From Pseudomonadales bacterium (GTDB lineage: Bacteria; Pseudomonadota; Gammaproteobacteria; Pseudomonadales; Azotimanducaceae), in assembly GCA_041395945.1 (NCBI GenBank), contig JAWKZN010000001.1, forward strand, positions 2,684,403 to 2,748,402: a stretch of DNA of 64,000 nucleotides. Direction: 5' to 3'. The notes beneath the pieces were generated by a model. It saw only the letters and a list, made by a program, of their open reading frames with translations. It ran no database searches and was not told the origin of the DNA. The position numbers and the translations under genes are program-made. Below, one piece after another: positions 1 to 9,600 of the stretch. Numbering within the stretch: the stretch's first letter is position 1; the number at the start of each line of letters is the position of its first letter.

Positions 1-2
1 TG

Positions 3-113
3 GCCTGTCTGTGGCTGCCGGCGCTGGCGGGCATCTATTACGGACTGCAGCCCCAGCTGCCCCTCGAACTCGCCTCGGAGGCGGCTGCGTCACTGCTGAG
101 ACACCTGCAATGA
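3..113 (+). CDS. 3-prime end of a membrane-protein gene truncated by the window edge (probably another Mrp/Nuo-type antiporter subunit)
   Basis: Frame 3 is open from the window edge: ACLWLPALAGIYYGLQPQLPLELASEAAASLLRHLQ-stop. TGA 111-113 overlaps ATG 110-112 of the next gene (ATGA coupling). It is absent from the ORF track because it has no start inside the window. Confidence 0.35.
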   Translation, partial: ACLWLPALAGIYYGLQPQLPLELASEAAASLLRHLQ

Positions 114-1576
114 GCGCGCAGTGGCTCATCACCGGAGCGCTGGCGATCCCGCTGATTGGTGCAGCGCTGATTGCCTGCCTGCATCGGCTGCCCAACGCAC
201 GGGAAGCCGCGACTCTCTCCACCGCTGGCGCGCTACTGCTGTGTGTTGTCGCGCTGACACCCGAGGTGCTCGCAGGAGGGCGTCCGCTTCTCAGCCTGCT
301 GGAGATCATGCCCGGTCTCGAACTGCGTTTTGAAGTCGAACCACTCGGGATGCTGTTTGCGCTGATCGCTGCCGCCCTGTGGATCGTGAACTCGATTTAC
401 TCGATCGGCTATATGCGCGCCAATGGCGAGCAGCACCAGACCAGATTCTATGTCTGTTTCGCGGGAGCGATCGCTAGCACCATCGGTATCGCATTCGCCG
501 GTAATCTGCTCACCCTGTTCGTGTTCTACGAGGTCCTGACGCTGATCACCTATCCGCTCGTTACCCATGCGGGAACCCCGGAGGCCCGCCGCAGCGGACG
601 GATCTATCTCGGTGTCCTGGTCGGCACATCGGTTACGCTGCTGCTGTTCGCAATCGCCTGGACCTATGTCCTTGCGGGCACTCTGGACTTCCAGCCCGGT
701 GGCATTCTGACAGGCAGGACGGGCGAAGGACTCATGGCGGTTCTGCTCGCGCTCTATGTCTTCGGTATCGGCAAGGCTGCGGTGATGCCGATGCACCGGT
801 GGCTGCCGGCGGCGATGGTGGCACCAACACCCGTTTCCGCACTGCTGCATGCGGTCGCCGTGGTGAAAGCCGGGGTTTTCTGCGTAGTCAAGGTCATGGT
901 CTACATTCTGGGCATCGACAACCTGGCGGCACTCGGCAGCGCGACGTGGTTGCCCTTTGTCGCCGGCTTCACGATTCTGGCCGCATCGGTCGTGGCCTTG
1001 CGCTCCGACAATCTCAAGCGTCGGCTTGCTTACTCGACCGTCAGCCAGCTCTCCTACGTGGTTCTCGCAACAGCCCTGCTCGCGCCGCTGTCCGTGCTCG
1101 GCGCCACTGTGCACATCGCTGCCCACGCAGTCAGCAAGATCACCCTGTTCTTTGCAGCAGGCGCAGTGTACACGGCCGCACACAAAACTGAGGTGAGCCA
1201 GCTCGATGGCATAGGTCGGAGAATGCCGGTCACCATGATCTCGTTTACCATCGGTGCGCTGTCTCTGATCGGCGTCCCACCGGCAATCGGCTTCCTCAGC
1301 AAGTGGTTCATGCTGCAGGGCGCCGTGCAGAGCGGCGCGTATCTGTCTTTAGGGGTCATTCTCATCAGCACACTGCTGAATGCCGCGTACTTTCTGCCCA
1401 TAGTATACGCAGCGTTTTTTCGCGCGACGTCCGATGATGGTACGCACGGCGACCATGGCGAAGCACCCTGGCCCATGGTACTCGCGCTTGGACTGACCGC
1501 ATCCGCGACGATCGCGCTGTTTTTTTTCGTGGATCCCATCCTCGAGCTGGCGCGTCAGGTCGCCATGTCCACATAG
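110..1576 (+). CDS. proton-conducting membrane subunit of the NuoL/M/N - MrpA/D family (Mrp-type cation/H+ antiporter subunit D-like)
   Basis: ORF 11..1576 with likely start ATG 110 (MSAQWLITGALAIPL...). Polytopic hydrophobic protein carrying the family hallmark GKAAVMPMHRWLPAAMVAPTPVSALLHAVAVVKAGVF. Confidence 0.85.
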   Translation: MSAQWLITGALAIPLIGAALIACLHRLPNAREAATLSTAGALLLCVVALTPEVLAGGRPLLSLLEIMPGLELRFEVEPLGMLFALIAAALWIVNSIYSIGYMRANGEQHQTRFYVCFAGAIASTIGIAFAGNLLTLFVFYEVLTLITYPLVTHAGTPEARRSGRIYLGVLVGTSVTLLLFAIAWTYVLAGTLDFQPGGILTGRTGEGLMAVLLALYVFGIGKAAVMPMHRWLPAAMVAPTPVSALLHAVAVVKAGVFCVVKVMVYILGIDNLAALGSATWLPFVAGFTILAASVVALRSDNLKRRLAYSTVSQLSYVVLATALLAPLSVLGATVHIAAHAVSKITLFFAAGAVYTAAHKTEVSQLDGIGRRMPVTMISFTIGALSLIGVPPAIGFLSKWFMLQGAVQSGAYLSLGVILISTLLNAAYFLPIVYAAFFRATSDDGTHGDHGEAPWPMVLALGLTASATIALFFFVDPILELARQVAMST

Positions 1577-1607
1577 TCATGTCCGCATATCAGAGGGAGA
1601 CTCAGTG

Positions 1608-1856
1608 ATGACCAGCGAGAAGCAATACTGGCTGGACCGGCCCCAGAACGTCCGCAAGCTCTACCTGGGCTTGTGGTTCTTCGGTATGGCATGGGTTATT
1701 CCGGACTTCTTTCTGCACAAGCACGAGGACGTCGAATTCGCGGCGACCTATGCCTTCTATGCGATCTTCGGTTTTTTCGCCTGTGTCGCTCTGGTAGTGA
1801 CTGCGAAAGGCTTGCGGCGAATTCTGATGCGGCCGGAAGATTACTATGACCGCTGA
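1608..1856 (+). CDS. small two-TM membrane protein of unknown function embedded in the antiporter cluster
   Basis: ORF 1605..1856 (GTG 1605 / ATG 1608) with a GAGGGAGA Shine-Dalgarno at 1593-1600. Two hydrophobic spans (LYLGLWFFGMAWVIPDFF, FYAIFGFFACVALVVTA). Its 3-prime end overlaps the next gene start by 11 nt. Confidence 0.5.
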   Translation: MTSEKQYWLDRPQNVRKLYLGLWFFGMAWVIPDFFLHKHEDVEFAATYAFYAIFGFFACVALVVTAKGLRRILMRPEDYYDR

Positions 1857-3537
1857 GTTTCCCACTGCTTTCATTCTCATCCTGGGTGCGGCAGGCGTAC
1901 CGTTTTTCAAGGGACATCTGCGCTCAGCCTATCTGCTGCTCCTGCCGGTACTCGCATTTGTTCACGTTCTGCTGATTCCGCAAGGCGACTACAACCACTA
2001 TGTGCTCGCCGGGCAGGAACTCATCGCCATGCGGGTGGATGAGTTGAGCCTGATGTTCGCCTATGTATTCCTGCTTGCAGCGTTTCTGTGTGCAATATAC
2101 GCGCTGCACCTGAAAGATACGGTCCAGCATATCGCCGCTGTGGTTTATGCAGGCAGTGCGCTCGGCGCGATATTCGCCGGCGATCTGATCACCATGTTCG
2201 TGTTCTGGGAAATCTCGGCGGTCGCCTCCGCGATGCTCATCTGGGCATCTCGAACGGAGCGCGCTTTCCGTGCGGGCATGCGGTATCTGATCGTCCAGCT
2301 CACTTCCGGCATGCTGCTGCTCATCGGCGCGCTGGTGCACGCAGAGGAGACAGGCACCGTTATTTTCGACTATATCGGGCTGGGTACCCTGGGCAGCTTC
2401 GTCATCTTCCTGGCCATCGGGATCAAGTGCGCTTTCCCTTTCCTGCACAACTGGCTCCAGGATGCCTATCCGGAATCAACGCCCACCGGCACTGTCCTGC
2501 TTTCCGCGTTTACCACAAAACTCGGCATCTACGCGCTGGCGCGCGGATATCCAGGAACTGAGGAACTGATCTGGATCGGTGTAACCATGGCCGCATTTCC
2601 GATCTTCTATGCGGTCATCGAAAACGACTTGCGACGCGTTCTCGCCTACAGTCTCAACAACCAGCTCGGTTTCATGGTCGTGGGCATCGGACTGGGTACC
2701 GAGCTCGCCCTGAATGGCGCCGTCGCTCACGCTTTCGCGGATATCCTGTTCAAGGGACTGCTGTTCATGTCCATGGGTGCGGTGCTGCTGCGGATCGGCA
2801 CGATCAACGGCAGCGAGCTCGGCGGCCTGTATAAGTCCATGCCCTGGACTACCGGATTCTGTATCGTCGGCGCCGCCTCCATTTCCGCATTTCCCCTTTT
2901 CAGCGGATTCGTCACCAAATCCATGGTGATGACAGCGGCCGCCACTGAAGGCTATACAGGCGTGTGGCTGGTGCTGCTGTTCGCCTCTGCAGGCGTCTTT
3001 CACCACGCCGGCATCAAGATCCCATACTTTGCGTTTTTCGCCCACGATTCAGGCAAACGCTGCGACGAAGCCCCCCGCAACATGCTGATTGCGATGGGAC
3101 TGGCTGCCGCATTGTGTATCGGCATCGGCTCGTTTCCGGGACTGTTCTATGAACTGCTGCCTTACAGCAACACCTATGAACCCTATACTACGTCCCATGT
3201 AGTGGATCAGATGCAGCTCCTCGTTTTTTCCGCACTGGCTTTCGCGGTCCTCATGCGAACGGGTGTCTATCCTCCGGAACTGCGTTCGACCAACCTGGAT
3301 TTCGACTGGGTGTACCGTCGGCTGGCACCCCGACTGGTAACTGGCGTGAGTCTGACACTATCGTTGCTGATGGCCGCAATCGGGAAGTTCAGTAGCCTCA
3401 CCCGCCGTCATACGCAGCTTCAGGCCACCCGATTCTTCGGACCCAGCAGTGAGCTGGCGCGCCCATGGCGAGTCGGCACCACCGGCATCTGGATCGCTGT
3501 TCTGCTGTCGAGTTACGTGCTGGCCTACTATCTCTGA
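1846..3537 (+). CDS. second, more divergent NuoL/M/N - MrpD-like proton-conducting membrane subunit
   Basis: 563-aa polytopic ORF with a divergent copy of the family motif (FPFLHNWLQDAYPESTPTGTVLLSAFTTKLGIYAL). ATG 1846 overlaps the preceding small ORF. Confidence 0.85.
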   Translation: MTAEFPTAFILILGAAGVPFFKGHLRSAYLLLLPVLAFVHVLLIPQGDYNHYVLAGQELIAMRVDELSLMFAYVFLLAAFLCAIYALHLKDTVQHIAAVVYAGSALGAIFAGDLITMFVFWEISAVASAMLIWASRTERAFRAGMRYLIVQLTSGMLLLIGALVHAEETGTVIFDYIGLGTLGSFVIFLAIGIKCAFPFLHNWLQDAYPESTPTGTVLLSAFTTKLGIYALARGYPGTEELIWIGVTMAAFPIFYAVIENDLRRVLAYSLNNQLGFMVVGIGLGTELALNGAVAHAFADILFKGLLFMSMGAVLLRIGTINGSELGGLYKSMPWTTGFCIVGAASISAFPLFSGFVTKSMVMTAAATEGYTGVWLVLLFASAGVFHHAGIKIPYFAFFAHDSGKRCDEAPRNMLIAMGLAAALCIGIGSFPGLFYELLPYSNTYEPYTTSHVVDQMQLLVFSALAFAVLMRTGVYPPELRSTNLDFDWVYRRLAPRLVTGVSLTLSLLMAAIGKFSSLTRRHTQLQATRFFGPSSELARPWRVGTTGIWIAVLLSSYVLAYYL

Positions 3538-3665
3538 TTCAGCCAGCGGCAACGCGCTCAGCACTGAACGATTTTCAGGCTTTCCAACGGGACCCCACGC
3601 ACGTTAGAACAGATCGCCCTGCGGAGTGGAAGCACCTTTCGGGAGTGTGTGCCGTCAGAAGCCCC

Positions 3666-6600
3666 CTAAGGTTGCGGGCGTCCGCCGACGAAATCGAGGA
3701 AGCGCGCCAGATCGCCCTGGTCGACCTTCACGCGCAGTTTCATGAAAGGACCTTTGGCCGTGTACTCGGCGGCCGCGAAATCCGAGTCGTCGAAACCAAC
3801 AAAGTTGTAGCCGATGCTCATCCAGGTGTTTTCGAGGAAGCTGCGGCCGACAGAGAGGCCCGCCGAGTAGCGCATCACCTTCGATTCCAGCGAGTGCAGC
3901 GCGGCCACCTGCGCGCCCCAGTCCCAGCGGGGATTGAAATCGCGGCGGTACTCAGCGCCGTAGAGGGCGGTGACCGAGTCGTAGTTGTCGTCGTCGATGG
4001 TTTCGACGAGGTACTTCACACCGAGTTGCAGGCTCAACTGGCCACCACCGGCCGGTTTGTAATTCAGGTTGGTGTTGTTCACCATTTTGCGCGAGCGGGT
4101 ATCGAAGGCGTTGCTGCGCAGTTCGTCGAATGCCAGATCGAGACGGTTGAGCAGGGTCCAGGGGGATTCGAAAGGCCGCAGCGCCAGTCCCCAGCGGATA
4201 TCGGTGCGGTTGTGCAGGGAGCCGTCTTCCCGTTCCTCGAACAGCGCGGCGAGGCTGCCCGAAGTCACCCTGCCGTCGGCCAGGCGGCGCGACACACCGG
4301 CCAGCAGATTCCACTTGTCTGCCTGATCGCCCTGATGAAACTCGATCCGGGAGGAAGCGTTCCAGCCTTCCTGGCGATAACCCACCCCGGTGAAGAAGGC
4401 GGTGAAATCATCGTTGATGCTGCCTGAAGCGGGTGGCAGGGTGGGATTCGCGAGCAGCTCGTCCGCATCGTCCGCCTGCGGAGCCCGCTGCAGTGTCTGC
4501 ACCCGGTCGGTACCCACATCCAGCGACCAGCGATCGCCCAGCTTCCACTGCTGCAGCAGGCCGGTGGTGGCAAACAGCCGCTCGCCGTTTTCGGTCATCT
4601 GCCGCTGCAGCGACGAGCTGATGTCGGCACCGTTCCAGGGCCGCGCCTTGACGCCGAAACGGGTGTCCTGGGTGTCCCGGAAGTTGCCGAAGGTGAATTC
4701 CTGCTCGCCGCTCAGGGTGACCTTGTCGCTGAGCAGATAGTCCGCTCCCAGCACCAGACGATCCGGATAGTCGGTGTTGTCCGTCTTATCGATCGCCACC
4801 TCGGCATCACTGCGCAGCCGCAGACGATCGTCGAGCAGACCCTGCATGACCCCGAAAGTCACCTGATTGGCATCCAGATCCTCACCTGTGGCAACCGTTT
4901 CCCGCACCGCCCGCAGGCCGCCGGTGAATCGGGTATCGCCCATCCGGTACTCGGCCGCACTGTCCAGCACCGTCCGGCTGCCGTCGTTGACCAGATCATC
5001 CTGCTGGAAGGCCTCGGCACGCATCAGCAGATCCTCGGTCAGCCGATACTCACCCTCGACCCCGTAGCGGCGGGTACCGCGCTCGACGGTGGACTGCTGA
5101 CCGAATCCGAAGGCCGCATCCTGCTCCCGGACATAGGCGCGACCGGCCAGATCACCGGCGCGCTGCGCCACCTCCAGCAGATAGGCGTCGCCGCTGCCGA
5201 GCAGATCCGTGTCCGAACGGGCAACCTCAGCGCGCAGGGTGGTTCCGGTCTGGAACTCCCACTGCAGATCCGCGCCGACCAGATTGCCACCCTGCCCCTG
5301 GGTCTGGTCATCGATATAGGTCATCGCAATCCGGGATTCCCGATCGTCCAGACGCCAGGCCACACGGCCGCCCGCAACGAGCTGACTGCCGCCACCGGAG
5401 CGCACCTCGTATTCGACCTGAATGAAGGTGTTGTCGAGGTTCTCATCCTGGCTCATCACCGGCTGCTTGAATATGACGGTGCCGGCATCGTAATCGATGG
5501 TGTAGTCGAGATAACGGCTCAGGCTGACCTCACTGGTGATCTGCTCGGGATGAAAACGATCCCGGGTTACGATCCGGATCCGTTCGCTGTTCACCACCAG
5601 ACTGCGCTGGCTCAGGCGATAGACACCCGAGGTGCCATCCCCCGGGATTTCATCGAACACGAAGGCAAACCCGGTATCGCTGGCAAAGCCGTTCGCTTCG
5701 ATCTTCCCGCCATAATAGCTGGCCTGAGCACCGGTGAGTGTGCGGGTGTATTTGGTCAGTTCAGCAGCATCGAAGCCGGTATCGAAATCACCGAATAACG
5801 CCGCGAAGGCATCCCGCTCAACTTTCAGATAGAGCTTTTCCCCACTCTCGGCATCGTAGCGCTGCTGCGCGCCATCTCCGTAGAGTGTGTAGAACCTGTT
5901 GGGATCGATCTGCTGACGCAGCTGCTGATCGGTCTCCTTGTCCGTGTCATAGGCGGCGGTGAGCAGCCACTGGCCCCTGACCACGCCCTTGGCATAGAAG
6001 GCCATGCGACCTTCGCTGAAAGTGTCGTCTTCGATACCGGCGGCATCGAGACCCTGCAGATTACCCGAGACATCGTTGTAGCCCACCGTGCCTTCCGCGA
6101 GACCGATAAGAATCCAGTCCCGGGCGCCCGGCTTCAGACGGGCGCGGATCAGGTCCCGCCGCACGGCATCGAACTCGAAGCCGAGCTGCACTTCGCCGGT
6201 CACCGTCGTCGGCTCGAGTTCCACATAGGCGATGCCATCTTCCCGCACCAGGTAGCGGTCGATACTCTGCTGCTGGGTGGCAGCGGCGGCATCGAACTGC
6301 CGTTCCGGATTGCGGATCTGATAGGGTGGTGCAACCGAAAATTCACCGGTCAGGCCGGGCCGTGCCGGCTGGCCGGTGCGGTCGAACAGGCGCACGGCGA
6401 TCACGGGGGCCGTGATTCCGTCCGCAACGAGCTGAGAACGTTCCGCAAGAAACTCGGCCCGTACCGGTGCGGTTCCGAAACGTACACTGGTGCGCATCTG
6501 CACATCATCCGGAGTCTGTGCCGTCTGCTGTTCCGCGGACGCTGCCTGGAGCGGCTCGAGTCGTACCTCAATCTGATTGTCGCCTTCGAGAATCGATACG

Positions 6601-9600
6601 TTGTCCCAGCGCGACAGCGCCACTCCACGGGCGCGGTCCACAGTGGTGCCACTGAAGTTCAGCGGATTCACCAGCTCCCCGTTCACCAGCACATGGGCCC
6701 GATACCCGGCTTCATGCTTGGCGGCGACGGTGATCACCGGCATCCGCGGGTTGTAACCGGGCAGTGGCCAGACCAGCTGGTTGCCGACGGTCTGCGCAGA
6801 CAGCCAGTTGCGGTCGAAGGCGGGTGCGCGGCCATCGCTCACCTCGGGAATCCGATACGCGGAACGTTCGGCGACCGGCGGGGCAGAGACCTTCACACCG
6901 ACAGGCTCACTGCGCGCCATCAACTCTCCCTTGCTGGGCTCGTAGACCTTCGCCCGCACCGCTTCCGCTCCACCTTCCAGCACTTCACCGTTGGGCTCGG
7001 CGAGGGAATCCGGCCAGTTCAGCGCGAGCTCGGTGATCAGCACCGGCGTTTTCTGCTTTCCATCTGCCGGTGTTTCGAACATCAGCATGGCCTTTGTCGA
7101 CAGGGATTCCACACCGGCATCTACCCTGGTCTCGAAGACCAGATTGTTTTCGAATGCCGCCGTGCGCTCACCCAGCCGTATGGTGAGGGCACCACTGTCT
7201 GCACCGGAAGGGTCAGCCAGGGATGCGCCGTCGAGTGCGAGCGAACCCGGAACGTAGCGCGCGCCCGTGGGCAGCATCACCACTGCGGTGAGTGCCTGCA
7301 CCGGCACACTGCCACCCGCCACCACCAGCCGATGCATCACGGTTTCAGCCTCCAGTCTCGCAAACAGCTGGGCGCGAAGCAGACTCTCAGCAGGGGCTTT
7401 GGGCCGGGTATGGAAATCAGCTCGCCACATGCTCCCCGCCGCGACATCCACGAACTGGGAACGCACGCTGCCGGCAAAGCGCGTGTTCTGCTCACAGGCG
7501 ATGAGTTCATGGGTCTCCGGCAGGCTGGCTTCATCGACCTGCACCACGTGAGTACCTGGTGTGACACCCTCGATGTGGTACTTGCCCTCGGCGTCGGTGA
7601 CCACATAGGTCCCGTCTTCAAGCCACACCCGGACACCGGCCAGCCCCTGTCGATCCGCACCGGCATCACAGGCGCCGTCGTAAATCTGACCGATCAGAAT
7701 GGCCTTGCTCTGCAGCAGATCCTCGCGCACGGTCACATCGGCAAAGGCGGTGTTGGAACTGCCGATCGCCATGCCGGTTGCACTCGCCGAGTTGCGGGCG
7801 CGACCGAGCTTCGCACCGATGGTGACCTCCACCACATACTTCACCGCCGCGCTGGCGTTGTCGAAAGCGACATCGGTGAAGCGGAGCGTGCGTCCGTCTC
7901 CGGAAATCTGTGGATCCGCGGCAGCCGCACCGTTGATCTGCGCCGATCCCGCCACGTAACGGAAACCATAAGGCAGTTCATCCACTACGCTGAACGTACT
8001 CTGCACCACCGCTTCAGGATCCTGCACCAGCACCTGGTACTGCAGCAGGTCGCCAATCCCAACCACATCACGGCTCGCCTGCTTGCTGACAAACACATCC
8101 ACCGTCAGCGGGTCCAGCGGCAGATCGAACTCGAAACTCTGCCCCGCCGCGACCGTGAACGCATCCCCGCGGGAACCCGCGGCGAGCTGATAAGGACCGC
8201 CTGGCAGTGCGTCAAGTTCGGCGTCTTCCCGGACAGAGGGGAAGCGATACTCGATGGGCGCACTCACCTCGAACCGATAGTTACCCGGCAACAGATACGG
8301 GAAGTAGAAACTTCCGGGTGCGAAGGTGATCGATACGCCCGCAGCATCCGTGGCAGTGCCGCCGCTGGTGACAGTGGTCGGGAAAGGGGTCACGCCGTCC
8401 GCAGCGAAAGTCCGACCCTGGGCCGGCAGACCGGTTACCGCATCCAGCAGCGTGACCTGCACCCCATCCACCGGGGCACCGTTACTGCTGGAGAAGGTGG
8501 TGAAGCCCGGATCCAGCAGTGCGGTAAACGCGATGGCATCGCTGCCATCGTCCGGATCGGTATAGCCGATCACCGCACTGCTGCCTGCGGCTGTATTGAG
8601 ACTGCAGTCCGAGCTTGCACCGGCAACCCTGGACGTCTGCAGATAACCGGAAAATATCCCGGAACTCGCCGCGGTCTCCTGCAGGCGCACACGCTCACGA
8701 TCGCCGTCGGCGGCAGTCACCACGACCTCGATCCAGTCGGGCGCAAAGGGATCCAGATCCTGATCAGGGTCGTTCACCCGCAGAAATATCGTGTCGCCCC
8801 GATTGAAGCGTCCCGCCTCGAGCAGCGGCTGCGTACCCGGGACAGTGATGGCCGTGCCGAGTCGATCCACCGGCATGGGTGCTGGTGTGAACGCGCTGCC
8901 GTCGAAACACTGGGTAGGGGAGACGTAAAGCGATGATGCCCCTGTGGTACCCGGTGCAAGGGTCAGCACTTCGAGCGCCGCCGGAGTCGGCACCAGCGGC
9001 GCCAGGTCGAGGGGAACGTCCACACCGAACGCGGGACCCGTGACCGTGAATACAGCCCCGCGGGAACCGGGACTCAGGCGATAGGGTGCGCCAGGCAACG
9101 CCTGCAGTGCGCTGTCCGGGAGTGTTGACGGGAACCGGAACCGGTTCGGTGGCGTGACCAGCAGCCGATAGGCCCCTGCAGCCACCGCGGGAAAGCGGTA
9201 GGTGCCGGCCGGAAAGCCGTACTGATTGCCCAGGGCGTCGATCGCCGTCTCGCCTGAGAAGACGGCTGCAGGAAAAGCAACACCGGCTGTTTCCCCGGTA
9301 ACGCTGGCTGGAGCGCCGCTGGTGCTGTCCAGCAGTTCGAGGCGGGTTGAATCAACCGCCTGCCCGGTGGTGGCGAGAAACACCCGGCTCAAGGGATTGA
9401 TGACACCCGCGGTGCTCGCGAGATCGCCGGGATTGAAGGCATCGACATAGGAAACGGTGAAAGAGACATTCACCGCAGCACCAAGGGCGCAGTCACCGGC
9501 GACAGAAGCCCCCGGACCCGTCTGCAGATACCCGACAAAACGTGCGCTGCCCGGGCCGGTTTCCGCAAGCCGCAGCAACTCACTGTCACCGTCACTGGTC

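Noticed and set aside
6693-8936. 747-aa plus-strand ORF (with many smaller ones) inside the giant gene region
   Set aside because: It lies antisense to the 2,346-aa ORF. The translation is Arg/Gly/His-rich and low-complexity with no motifs. It is a typical stop-poor shadow frame of GC-rich coding DNA.
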